A stretch of DNA of 64,000 nt from Pseudovirgaria hyperparasitica (lineage: Eukaryota), in assembly GCA_010093815.1 (NCBI GenBank), contig ML996575.1. One strand, 5' to 3'. The notes beneath the pieces were generated by a model, which was not told the origin of the DNA, did no database searches, and saw nothing but the letters and a program-made list of their open reading frames with translations. Positions 26,201-39,035 of the stretch are shown piece by piece; position 1 is the first letter of the stretch, and each line of letters starts with the position of its first letter. Both the position numbers and the translations under genes were made by a program.

Positions 26201-29200
26201 TAGTTACCGGCTTCGGTCTTATAAATTTAATTACTAGTATTAGTATTAGTATCTCGCTAATTATCGGATAACTTATTATCTAACCTTATCCTCAAGAGTT
26301 AGGCCTATAGCTACTCTAGGACCCTATAGCTACTATAATCCTAGGCGCCTTCTTTATAGTTAGGTCTTCTTAATATTCTATTAGCTAGGTTTATACTTCT
26401 AGGTTAATAGTAGATTATAAAGTAGAAATTTATAAGCTACTTAGCCTATTAAACCTATTAACGATTTAAAACCGTTATACTTATAAACCCCTTTAAGTTA
26501 TAGTAATTAGTTAGTAACTTAACGTTATATATAGTACCTTTAAGATAATATCGCTACTACTTAAATAACTCTACTATTACTAGTAGCTCTTAGTTATAAA
26601 TAGTATATCTAGTCTCGACGTCGGCTATCTTACGCGAGAAGAACGTAACTAGATACTATTAGACCTTTTTAGACTCTATTAGTCTAGGCTAGAAGAGTAT
26701 ACCCGAGATTATAAATCCTAATATATTAGTTTTAACGTGAATAGGTTTAGTTAGATCGAAGTACACTAGTAATAGAGCGGTTATAAATACTTCTTTAATC
26801 TTCTTAAAGGATATTCTTTTAACCTTAGTTAATTTAATAGATTATAATTTAATATTACGCTATTTCTATCTACCACGGACTATAATAGACGAGTTAGTAG
26901 TAGTAGTACGCGTATTAAGTAGTGCGGCTAAACAGGAGAAGTATTTAATAAATTTTCGGTAGTAGTTAGCGAAGCTAATAAAGACACGTATATCTCGAAC
27001 GGATTTTAGTTTAGGCTAGTCTATAATAGTAGTAACTCTATCTCTCTCTATGGTTATACCTTAATTAGTAATAACGAAGCTAAGAAAGTTAATATAGTTC
27101 TAATGGAACTCGTATTTAGATAGCTTAATATATAGCTTATACTTTTCTAGTCTATCTAGGACTATACGTACGTACTAGATATACTCATCCTCGTTATCTA
27201 AGAAGATAAGGATATTATCTAGGTATACGATATATATCGTGTTAAGTAGATCTACTAGCGCGTTATTAATATATACTTAGAAGGTACCTAGCGCGTTAGT
27301 TAGTCTAAAAGGGACTACGGTATACTTAAAGTATCTATAACGGGTCCTAAAAGCCGTTTTCTATTCGTCGCCTTCCTTAATACGAAGGCGATAGTAGGCG
27401 TTATATAGATTAAGCTTAGTAAAGATCTTTACGCGTCCTAGTCTATTAATAGACTTAGAGATAAGAGGTAGTAGGTAACGATTCTTTCGTGTAATATTAT
27501 TTAGACTATAGTAGTTAATATATAGACGGAGGCTTCTATCCTTCTTCTTTATAAAGAGAATTAGAGCTCCGGCTAGGGATATACTAGGCCTAATCTATTC
27601 TCGCGTAAGGTTCTTTTCGATATATTCTTAAAGGGCTTATAACTTAGGTTCTAAAAGAGGGTAGATAGATCTATATAGAGGTTACTAGCCGTCTTCGAGA
27701 TTAATAGTAACGTCGGTAGATTAGTATTAAGGTAGTTCGGAGGAATCAATCGCTAACGCAATATATTAGTATATTTTATACTAATATAGTAGGTTTTCAT
27801 CTACTTTAATACTAAGCTCGCTATTTTACGTAAGTAAGAGTATATAGATAGTAGAGATCGCCTTCTCGTAATCTTTCTAGAATTATTCGTCGTTAATAAG
27901 CTATACTAGTTCCTATTAAGGTAGGTTTATACGCTAGCTAGCTATCTTCTTAAGGAAGTCTAGTTTTAGATTATATTTCTTAAGCTATAGTATACCTAGA
28001 ATTATATTAAAGGGACTATCTACCACGATAAAGGTTAAGTAGTAGAGTTTCTATTTCCCTCCGCTATTCTAGATACTATATTTAATAGTATAGATACTAT
28101 ATAACTTAATAGGACTATCGATACTATAGAATATAGCACCTATTAGAGCTTAGATATCGGCGTTAAGTTCTCGTGCTCGTTAGGTCGATATAACGTTAGT
28201 AGCCAACCTACTATTAAGTATTATAGTCTAATATTATCCACGAGGGACCTCGATAGGTCTAGTCTATAGTTTAATATACTATTTAGCGGATTACTCTTCT
28301 ATTATAGTCGCGCCTATAAGTTACGAGGGTTTCTTATAGACTATTAGTTTTTTATATTCTATACTAGATAGTTAGGCGCGATATATCCTAGCTACTAGCA
28401 CTTATAGTATATAACTAGTTAGTTAGTTATATTAGTACTCGGTAGCTTTCCCGAACGGTACTTAGATACTATATAGTCTATTCTACTATAGGTATAGTAA
28501 GTAACTTTAGATCGTTTATACGAGTCGGTCCTTATATCTTAATATATTAATTAGTAGGGAGATCTATAATACGATCCGCGTGGTTTTAAATTTAAGGCGT
28601 GGTAGTAGCCTTATAACGTCCCGCGAGATCTATTACTAAATTAGTTTTAGTTAGACGATTTTACGTTAGATTAGATTATTAGGGATAGTCGTATACTAGC
28701 GCGGCGTTAATTATTTATTATATACTAGTATCGCTCCGTAAGGTTTATAAGAGCTTAGAGGTCTATAGGGATTATTATTATAAGGTTAAGACGGTCCTTT
28801 ATATTTAGGGCGAGGGACCGTTTAAAGTTATCGTACTATTAAATTATATAATCTTCTTCGGCTTCTCTCTAGAGGGGCCGAAGGTATTTAAGGAGTTATA
28901 ATAGTAACTAATTATCTCGTTATCGAGTCTTAAAGATATAGCCCTAGGCCTAGTCGCGTTATTCAGCCCTATTACTAAAATATTAGAGAAGAAATTCGGT
29001 AAACGTGTCCTAGTTATAGGTATCCTTAGGATGTTCGATTTAGTATACTATCTAACGTTCTAAAGGCGTCGGGTTAAGGTAGTTCTAGGCGAATCTAATT
29101 TTATTACTATCGTTCGTGAATAGATAGAAGAATCGGCTATATTAGTAAGTCTATATATAGAAACTCTTTCTACTTTTACTATTAAAGTAAGGTAGTTTCT

Positions 29201-31010
29201 TAGGTTAGGGTAATTAGAATAGTAGTAGACTAGGATAGATTATTTTAGTTAGTATAGGTCTATATAAATATAGATTAGTTATTACTAGAACTAAAGCGCG
29301 TAATATAGCTTTAAGTCTTATAGTACGTTCTTAAGCTTCGTTAAGTTTACATAGTTATTACTTAAGTTAAACCTATTATTACCTCTCTTCGTATAGTCTA
29401 GTATATATATTATTATAAGGTATAGTTAACGTTAGGCGATTCTAACGGATTAACTCGTTAATATTAATAAGGTCTAGCCTCGTGTTAAGGTTAGGTCTAG
29501 TATAGTTCGAACTAGACTAAGATGGAGTATAATAGACTCTATCCTTATATTCTATAATATCTTCTATAGTTATACGGAATATCGTGCGAGTTATTAGTAC
29601 GATAGTCTATAAGGTATAGTTATTAGTAGGGGTAGTTATAGGTAGACTATTCTCCTCGTTTAGGTTAGGAGAAGGTCTACTATAAGAGATGGTGCTACGA
29701 GTATTATAACGAGTAGTTAGAGCTATTTCTATAAACTACCGTCGTGCTATATAAAGAGGAATTAAAATATAAGGATTATAGACGTAGGATAGTAGTCTAA
29801 TAGGTCATAGAAGGATTTAGGAATATATTTAAAAGGGTAGTCTACTCTTCTAATAAGGTTAATTTCTAAAGAGTAGGAATTAAGTATATACGGCCTACTT
29901 ATATAGTGGTCTCGCTTATTCTAGCTGGCTTAACCTAGGTCCACCTGTCACGGACCGTACTAGACCATAGTGGTCTAGTTAAGTCCATCCTAGTATTAGC
30001 CCTAATAGAAGGCTAACCGGACTTACCCTTATAGCTTACCTTATAGCTAGTAGTATTAGATTTAATACTATATTTCTTAGCTAGATTAAGTATCTTTAGC
30101 TCGATATCTTAAAATCGTAATATATCTCGAGTTAATAAATTATTAATAATATAGTCTATGGTATTAGGCAATAAGATAAGGAAGAATAAGCCCTTAACCT
30201 CTTTAGACTTAAAGATTAGGCGTATTACTTTTATAACTATATAAGATAAAGTAGTATATCTTTTTACTATTCGCATCTAGGTATAATAGAAATTATTAAT
30301 ATATTCATAGATATCTTCTCCGTCTTTATAGCGGAGGTTAGCGAGTAATCTAAATAGATATATTAAAGAATTACCTATATCACGGTCGAAACGTAATAAT
30401 AGGTAACTCTATATAGCTACTACTATATTATAGGAAGTAAGACCTATAATAAGATCTTAATATATTAATAAGAGTAATATAATTATTACCTTATTATCCT
30501 TTATATCCTAATCTATTACATCTATATATAAATCTATAACTCTAGTACTAAAGGGTCTAATAACTCTACTAGAGACTATTATCTATAATTATATATATTT
30601 AAATACGATTATCTAAGCTAATCTCTACTTAGGGAAATTTTCTTCTCTTAAAGATAGCTTAGATAGAGAGGATAGGTCGAGTTTAAAGTTAATAGATATA
30701 TTTATTATTAATAAGTTCCTTAAGTTCCTTCTCTTTTCTTTATATAGGACTAATAGTTTCTTATTCTAACTCTTTCTATTTATTATATATTCGTAAGGAA
30801 GGTAGTAAAGGTAAAAGAGATAGAAGGATAGTATAGAGGACGATATAGAGGCCGAGAGTTAATAAGGTAGTAGAATTAAAGTAAAACTTTAATAGGATTA
30901 ATAAGATAACTAAGTTTTAGAGAAGGGACTTACTTTTATTAAAATATAATAGTTTTCATTAATAAAGAGGTATTTTAAGGCTTTTATAGTAAAACGCCGG
31001 GCTTATAACC

Positions 31011-31169
31011 TATTATAAGTAGAAAGTAGACATAATTAAGGTTATTAAATATATTCTATAATTATATATATAGCTAAGTTCTAGGGACAGAGTCGAAGCT
31101 ATTTAACCGTTTAGACACTAGTCCCGTTTGGGAAACAGTGTCCCTCACTCAAAGTGCCTTCCGACAACA
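31011..31169 (-). repeat. 5' LTR of Copia element A
   Basis: Ends ...CCGACAACA followed by TSD CCGGT; PBS adjacent at about 30999-31010. Confidence 0.92.
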
Positions 31170-33856
31170 CCGGTGTGGGTTGTTCAGAGACAAAGAAGAG
31201 TCGGACCGGAATTGCCTTGGCGTGATGACGGATCTCAGCCACTGCGCAGATATCATCAGGTGTCCCATGAGGAACATCATCTTGGCAACGTCTGCGACGG
31301 GACGAAATCGTTTACGATTCCTATTGGTCGCTGAAGTGCCAAGTCTCTATATTCTATGGTTTCACTAAGATCTACTCTATTCCAAAAGCCGATGTCTGTC
31401 CCTACTTTACTACTACCTGACTTTCGTGCTCTGAGTGTCTGGAAGTCTCTCTAAAATTCTTCTTGGTGACTCGGCTTCGCGATCTTGACATCTAAAGAGA
31501 CGCCCATGACCCTCATAGTCGATCGCTGCTGAAAGCTCGCATGTTCGCGAATCCTAGATGGTAGCGGGCGAAATCGGACTAATAAAGATTCAACCGACGT
31601 GAACCGAAGAATGAAAGACGATCCACAGGTTTATTGTTAGATCAGTGATGGTGGTATCACTGTGTTGATGGCCAAGTTGCTGATGAAAGCGAGGACTAAT
31701 AGCTATCTTGGTGGATACACGTTGATCGTGCGTAAGTTGCTTGATGCCAGTGAGAAATGAGACCTGTCGGGTATTGCGACATCGACCTGGCCGAACAATC
31801 TTCCTGTCTAGTAGCTGTTCGCCGAAAACACGCAAAGCCACTAATGGGTGGAGGATTCGTCGAAGGCACACCGCGTGTTCGACGGCACCTGCAGAGGGAA
31901 TTCCAGCCCTTGAACAGTTGTAGGTGGCACGTTGTTCGTGCTTCCCGTAGACAAATCCCGTTACTACCGGACAAAGTGCCTAGGAAGCCAAATTTGACCT
32001 AGTCAGCGAAAGTGATTGTTGGCCTGTAGGAACAGGTGTTTCCATTGAGTTAAACGCCAATACCCCCATTATGAAGTCTCTTGCTTGCCATCCTCGGTGA
32101 CGATGGGATCATCGAAAACTAATGCCATTATTTCACTGCGCACAGAGACCACATGCCTTTATACATACGAATAGGTGATCTTGATCATCAAGATCATCTA
32201 ATGACAACCAAATCTCGAGATGATATCATCTTTGACTGTCACTCGTATTTGCGATATGCTCATGCTCGAATGTTGTTTGTAAAGGAGGTAGAGACACTCC
32301 GGCTGAGACAGCCATAGAGGCGAGACAAATCATCATCATATGTTGAGATATCACTATCCTCCGTGAATCGACATGCTAATCAATTCGTGGTACTTCGCCA
32401 AGGCAGCATGTTTGTCGACCTAGAACATACATGTATTACATCCAGAGTTACTTAACACGTGCTATTCTCATTATGCTAGCGCTCCTAATGATACTCGCAG
32501 TTGCTAGTCTGTATGACATCTTTAAGTTATGACTAAGCTCCAGGCAAATAGATGTATGTTCTCCACTGCGATGCGTTGGCTTTGATAGTGTCATATAATG
32601 ATTGAGGCCAGGCTGAAGCCTTGAAGTCAGCGTCATTAGACTAGTGTGACTGATTTACGTAAATTTCTTGAGTTCGATGCGGGAGAGCAGATATTTGCCC
32701 GATGACGGCCGCCAAAGAGAGTGAAGTGCAACAATAGTATGTTGGGGGCCTCGAAGTACGCCAGAGTAACATAAGCTTATTACCATACTTGCTGGAGGGG
32801 AGGAGACAGCAGTGCCTTTTGCGGACTATGGAGTCGTGGAATTCTGCTGGCAAAATTAGCAGTGAGCCCTTCACTTGCAGCGATCGTGATTGAGAAAAGT
32901 AAGTGTTGTTTGACAAGAGTGCGGAATAGTGGGAATTGTAGCTAGGATTTGTCTAGTGAAGTACTCACAAGGTGACAAATAGAAGAGAAAGATCTGAGAT
33001 GTGAGCGAGGCAACGGTGCTTCATCCAGACTAGCGTGTTCTATACCCTATTCGGCATGTAACAGGGTTTATAGTGGAGACGTGGTCGGCGTATGCTTTTG
33101 TTTAGACACAAAAAAACAGTGGAAACTTGTCTGGTGTCCTCTGATAGGGTTTCAGGGATTGAAACTGAATATTCGCACTCGATATAAGTTTGGAAAGTGG
33201 GGCATCTTTCGCCTTCGGGCACTTGGATAATTTGAAACACCACAGAGAAGATTAGCATTGCCCCTGCACAAGGATGAAAAGCTTAGTCGAAGAGATTAGC
33301 CCTTTTTTTACCAATTTTTGGCGTAGGTTCGATTCCACGCATATCTGCCCTTTTGCTACCCCTTCTGAACGGCCGTTTGTTTACGCGGCCACAGCGTCTA
33401 TCTTTGCTTTCTTTTACATGTATCAGCCTTCAAGCTTCTCAAGTGGCCATATGTAGATTCGCGCAAAGAATTAGTTGTACTATAGATAATAGCGTCGCTC
33501 ATGTGTAGTTAGGACAATCTTGATAGTGTTTCGAAAAACTTTTTTCATATGTTTAAGTAAAAACCGTTCTCGTTACAACATTTACAAGCAGCATTATACA
33601 TCCAATACCACCTTCTTTTCAAAAAGCTTGTAGGCATCCCGTATATCCGTCTCGGCCTACGTAGGGAAGAGCCAAAACTACTTGGTACCTCATTATACAC
33701 CGTAATCGAGACGTATTGTTATATAGAAGACACTAATAGTATCTTCGCCTAAAACATCAGTCGTAGAGGTTCATATGCAATATCTAAATCAAATTCAGCA
33801 AAGCAGACACTTAAACGCAAGCATCAAATGTACGAACCAGACTTGAAAGAGACTGC

Positions 33857-34438
33857 CTACTCAATGAACAGCCGCTGATCATCCCAATAATTCTCGATCG
33901 CCCTCTTGGCGGTCGACCGCTGGTCCTGTGGAACGTAGTAACCATACTCCTCTCTGCCATGGTACTTGTACTTATACCACGTGATGCCACCGATCTGCTC
34001 GTGGCCGAAGACGCCTTCGATCCGAAGATCGGTGGAGCTATCGTTACCGCTGCCGCTGTTATCGTTGTTGTCGCTATTGTTGTTGCTGTCGTTGCCCCCG
34101 TCCTCGTTATCGCTGTCACCCTCGCTGGCTGTGCCCTTCACACTACCATTTGCTTCGCCTTTTCCGTCAATGTCGAAGCTATCGATTGAGGCATCAACGT
34201 AGGAGTCCGCCAGGCCCCTCTCCTTGATGTGATTGACGCCTGCAGCCGTGGTGTACAGCGCTGAGTATGTGCCATCATCATACAACAGAAAGCGAGCACC
34301 ATTGTGGAAGATGCCTACGAAATCTAGGTTTCTGCGAGGGTTATCCAAGCGGCTGTCATGGATGTGCTGGTTGTAGCCCGGGTAGAGCACGAGTTCCCAA
34401 CCGTCTTGGTAGCGGGCGGCTGTGACAGATTCGATCAT
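33857..34438 (-). CDS. Hypothetical 193-aa protein with an N/D/S/G-rich linker and a C-terminal chromo-like segment
   Basis: Intact ATG-initiated ORF. The C-terminus 'LRIEGVFGHEQIGGITWYKYKYHG...VPQDQ...AKRAIENYW' resembles chromodomain spacing. Confidence 0.6.
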   Translation of the reverse strand: MIESVTAARYQDGWELVLYPGYNQHIHDSRLDNPRRNLDFVGIFHNGARFLLYDDGTYSALYTTAAGVNHIKERGLADSYVDASIDSFDIDGKGEANGSVKGTASEGDSDNEDGGNDSNNNSDNNDNSGSGNDSSTDLRIEGVFGHEQIGGITWYKYKYHGREEYGYYVPQDQRSTAKRAIENYWDDQRLFIE

Positions 34439-35661
34439 TCTCGTAGACGGCCGGGGGATAGAATTGCTTTGAATGTATGGTAAGATGTGCTAAGATGCAC
34501 TCGAAGTCGCAGTGATGTAGTAGTGATTGCTTAAAAAAGACAGTTATCAAGAAGATGGGCTTGAGCTATTTCAACCTAAGCTTCTAAGACGCATGTAGGG
34601 CTGAGAATCTAGAAAGAAGAAGTAGATATGGTCTGTAGAAGAGGACGGAGCAGCACGAGTCAAAACCGCCCAATGCAGGAGTGAAATCATAAACATAGAT
34701 CTAAGGCCACGAAGCGAGGCCTAGTAAGGGATGCTACTATCCAACTGGGAGCCGTATTAAAAACTAATATCAGTGCTTTGGTGGGAGCAAGGGACAATAG
34801 AACACAGGCTGTCACCACTCTACTATTCACCACTATTACACACTCGAGCAAGGGCGTACGTACGGTCGTGGAGGCCAATGCTTGATCTGTATTTAAGCAG
34901 GCCTTGCTTCCAGAGCATAGATACATCTGTTCACTGTCAAATGGCGAAGCTGTTTTCTGTTTGGCGAGCGGAGTTGGTGCTCGCGTAGCGTGGAGTTGCA
35001 CAGATCCTTGTTTATGGTTCACAATAACGATCTACGTTTATGTGGGCCGTACCTCGCTTGGACGGCGAACATAATACGAAAGCTCTTGGCGATAACTAGC
35101 TACCGATTACGCTTTATCTCGTTGTCCGAGCTTAAGTGAGCTGTCTCCGTCCACGAAGCGACCGTTTATAACATGAAGCCTATGTATAGATAGCGGGGCA
35201 GAATATGCAGGGGGGTAATCAAGTACTGCTAGCGTACACTTGGATAAATTTGAGCATCTATATCTGTTTATATCATGGCATTCAAGGTCTCTATATGTCT
35301 CAAAGCGTTAGTTAGAGCTTAAATCTAAGCGTGCTAGGACGTCTTTGAAAAGGAACAGTGTACAAGTATCTTTACTCTTGCTTCTATAACTAAGCTTGTG
35401 GTGGGCGTGTGGATTATTTATTTGCAGTCTCATCCGGTGTTAATTTCACATTAGGCCCATTCATACCAGTCCCATAGAATCACCACCGAAGCTGGATCTA
35501 GTATTAGTTAATTACATGCAACTCAAGTCACACTCCCATATCTACTCAACCTCTACACTAACATGGGTTCATTGTAGGAATGGTGTTCATAAAGTCCAAA
35601 GTAAATGAAAGGTTCTAATATCCTTTGAGAGCTAAAAAATAGTACTCGGATTACATTCGCT

Positions 35662-36104
35662 CAGACTTCGGCATATACAATCGGATACAATCCGAGGGCC
35701 TAGATTAGGATTGTATGATTAGTCACCCTAAAAGTACGGATTAAGCTTGGAATCTGCGCTAAGGGATTAAGATTGCTTATGTTAAATTGAATCAAGTAAG
35801 GTATATACATAGATATACCTAAGGCTATAATAGTTCTACCTAAGGCCATAATATTTCTGCCTAAGGCTAATATATTTATACCTAAGGCTTTAATAGTAAC
35901 TAAATATAGCTAATATAAGGCTCTAGGCTGTATTCATATATTTACCCCACTTTATCTAATCTAACACAAGCAATCTGACCAATCGGATTGAGATTGTACC
36001 GTCTTGGCAATCATTTTTGACGTGTAGATTGAGCTTGTATTCTCTATTAAAATATTTGAGCAGATTGAGCTTGCATGGATTCGGATTGTATGTGCCGAAG
36101 TCTG
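35662..36104. mobile_element. Non-autonomous hAT-type MITE (443 bp)
   Basis: ~21-bp TIRs CAGACTTCGGCAYATACAATC and 8-bp TSD CATTCGCT (35654-35661, 36105-36112). Subterminal GATTG/CAATC repeats and internal CCTAAGGC repeats. Confidence 0.9.
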
Positions 36105-36495
36105 CATTCGCTCAGTCATTACCCTCGCCAACATCCCCGCCTAATGAAAAGATGCCCCAGCGATCATTTCCACCACTCCTACTTGAAGAACATTTACCAT
36201 TCCAGCACTCCATTACCGGGAGATTGTCTGTGTAGAGGCTTAGTCGGTTAATAGCATGATCCTAATGCTTCCAGCCCATGAGACACTTCTTGATATAACT
36301 TCTTTCAAGTGTAAGTTCATCCAAGTGTTGTAGACTCATAGATGATCTCCTGATGCCGATCGAGGCTGCTCTTTGTCGAACAAGATAGCATGTCCTCCCG
36401 CGAGTAATCTTGAGAAGGCGAAGCGTTCCTCGTGGAGTGTAACCATGCTACTTATGCTGGCAATAGCCTTTGCAGTATGCCATTCCTGTGGTATG

Positions 36496-37296
36496 CAGAG
36501 TTCCTATCAATCAGTTCAGTTCAACTTTGGGCCTCTAGTTGAACTGGACTGAAGTACTTCAATCCTAGCCGTCGTAGAATTGGATTGAACTATCAATCCT
36601 AGTAGTAGAATTAAAGTTAAACTGGACTGGACTAAAGTATATTAGTAAGACTAGCTAAAAGTCTTAAAGATAGATAAAATTTAGTGTTTTAAGGCTATAT
36701 ATCTATATTACCTATATAGTAATTCTTAATATAAGTAGATAATGAGCTAAAAGGAGACTATATTCATATTATTAGTATATAGCTATTAGTATAGAGACTT
36801 TATGTGGTTTTTTATATAAGAGAGTGGAGGTAAGGTCACGTGAGTCTCACGTGACTGTCACGTGAAATTACGTGGCCTATTATCTGATAGCCCACGCTTA
36901 CCTAATGTACCCCGAAGTCATATGACATATCATGTGATACGTCATGTGATTTATCACGTGATGCGTCACGTGACAAAATATCACGTGACATGCTTCTGAT
37001 GAATCTGTGGGAGTTCAGGCTTCAAAAGGTCCGGTAACACTTGTCAGATGACTAGGACTAGTCATTTTGGCTGAGTGGTTACGACAAATCTACTCGAATT
37101 ACCTAACCTTAAGAGGATATCTACTAATATACTATCTATATATAACTTCAGTTCAACTCAACTATTAGCAACTCAATCCTACCCTAGAATTGAATTGGAC
37201 TGAAGATCCAACCCTTGGCAAGAGGCCTCAGTTGAACTGGACTGAGTCAATTCTGGAGAGGCAGAATTGAAGTTGGACTGATTGATAGGAACTCTG
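36496..37296. mobile_element. Non-autonomous hAT-type element (801 bp)
   Basis: 20-bp TIRs CAGAGTTCCTATCAATCAGT and 8-bp TSD GTGGTATG (36488-36495, 37297-37304). Subterminal TTGAACTGGACTG repeats. Confidence 0.9.
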
Positions 37297-38292
37297 GTGG
37301 TATGGCTAGACATGTTCGAAAGACCTAACATTCCCCACATTGCGGAATGGGGGGCTGCTCCTTGTCGAAAAGAATGGCATATTCGCTTTAGAGTAATTTT
37401 GATTGGGCATTGTAGGATATCGCCGTGCCACTTATATTGGCAACAGCTTTTGTACCGAGCCACTCATGCTGTGCGACCAGACATGTGTCGAAGGACTTGA
37501 CATTTCTCACATTGCTAGATGCTATATCGCCACTCACGTGTCAGTGATTTCAGACTAATGTGAATGGCATGATGCACTAACATACCTTTGGAAGCATAAT
37601 TGTGAGACTGTGTCGATGATAAGTAGAGACAATATTCTTGGTTGGTACCTGTGTCGTTTGCCATAAAGCCTTGTTGAACATGAGTTCTATAGCCCATATA
37701 TCGAATTTCTTGAGAACTGGTATGTCGAGACACCACGTCTCCATAGGCTGACAACTATCAGCCCTATGGAGACGTGGTATCTGAGTTTCGTTGGCAGCCA
37801 TCATGGCAAGAAACCACGGAATGAAGATATTGATTTGTTCGCAGACGGCTATTATCCGTAGAGTAGCCCCAAGAGTAGGCAGCATCTGCCTTGCGATTCT
37901 GAAAGTGTAACGAGATGGAAGAAGTGGTGACATATCAGAGGCGATCAGATCGCCAGTAGAAAAGAAATATATGTCAAGCCACGCTAAAGAAACTGTGTCG
38001 GCTGTGATGGAAACGGATGGAGGAGCTTAAGTAATTGGGAAAATTAATTTGCTTGTTTGAGGTCGAATCTTTGTGGCTGTGCATCAGTGACTAGGCGGAC
38101 TGGCTACCCCTGTCGTGTTCGTAACAACGTGGTTGGCCGCTCTCCGATTTCCGAGTACAGATGAACCTGTCTGTGCCGCTACTTCTTTCACTTCCACACA
38201 TGACTCCGCAGTCAGTCAAAATTTAGGCCGTAGCTCCTGCATCAATATATCCACTTATCCTCGATCAAGTAACCTCACTACACCAACTTGAG

Positions 38293-39035
38293 ATGGCATT
38301 AAGGGTGCTCATGGAGTATGAATCCGTAACCTGGAGCATCTCAATTCAAGGTCAGAGTATGGAGATAGCTCCTAGAAGAGCACACGAGCGTAACCGCCCT
38401 CCCAGAGCTCATAATGCTACCTTTGTGGTTTTCGATGTTATCGAAGAGATGGGCTTGCTGTTTTACTGCGATGTGATATACTCTGCATCTTGTTTTAATG
38501 CAGCCGGAGCCCTGGTCACCAAGAGACATCAAAAAGCAGATATTGAAGTGACCCTGGTCCGGAAGATTGAGCAAATATTGAGCCACGAGCGTCACTGTTC
38601 TGGATACGTACACAAGGTCGCATTTGTTGGCTTCGATACAGATTGGAACGAGATATTGTTGACAAGAGCGCTTAAGACTACCGCAAAGTTCTAGAACGTC
38701 AGTCAGATTTCAGACGAGTATTGGGGTCCTGGTATGGAATCGTTATCTGTTCCCCCAGTTACTTTAACCCCTACGAACTGCTTGGAATCACATTTGACTA
38801 CCGCCTAATTATGAGACTGCTGATATACATAGGTTGTGCTCGGACAGAAACAGATCCCAATGATTGGACTTCCGTGGAGGCCATGATCGATGAGCAGAAT
38901 GGCCAGTACCTCGTCATATGGGCTGGGCGGACTGCGGCCACTGGAGATGGAGTCCAGACGGACTGGATGATGGCAGGTCGAGCCACTGACGGTCTCCTCA
39001 ACGAATGGCACGCAGATGAATCGGAGAGGGTGTAG
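38293..39035 (+). pseudogene. Hypothetical gene or relic (two consecutive ORFs in different frames)
   Basis: ORFs 38293-38694 and 38721-39035 look coding-like but no family is recognised. Confidence 0.3.

Larger units (their letters stand above)
14464..30007 (-). mobile_element. Ty3/Gypsy chromovirus (element B), RIP-inactivated; about 8.0 kb net, inserted in the Copia gag region
   Basis: 240-bp LTRs at 14464-14847 (containing an insertion) and 29768-30007; TSD GAAGG at 14459-14463 and 30008-30012. Minus-strand RT 'VYLDNILI' (~27.2 kb), integrase (~25.2-25.8 kb) and chromodomain 'VYEVDYIIKYR...KY*IR*KNY...NT*EP' (~24.7-24.8 kb). Confidence 0.92.
10545..31169 (-). mobile_element. Ty1/Copia LTR retrotransposon (element A), RIP-inactivated; about 5.1 kb net, interrupted by element B
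   Basis: 159-bp LTRs at 10545-10703 and 31011-31169; TSD CCGGT at 10540-10544 and 31170-31174. PBS GGTTATAAGCCC (RIP form of GGTTATGAGCCC) next to the right LTR and PPT next to the left LTR. Integrase 'SPIYSYESNGIVERFNRIV' (~13.15 kb) precedes RT 'IYINNLL' (=YVDDLL, ~11.78 kb), which is the Copia order. Confidence 0.92.

Noticed and set aside
34560..34900. Faint resemblance to Gypsy RT/RNase H motifs
   Set aside because: The motifs are too degenerate and there are no LTRs, so it cannot be supported by eye.
35815..35890. Spaced CCTAAGGC repeats resembling a mini CRISPR array
   Set aside because: Eukaryotic context, ~21-bp period with related spacers; it is a minisatellite inside a MITE.
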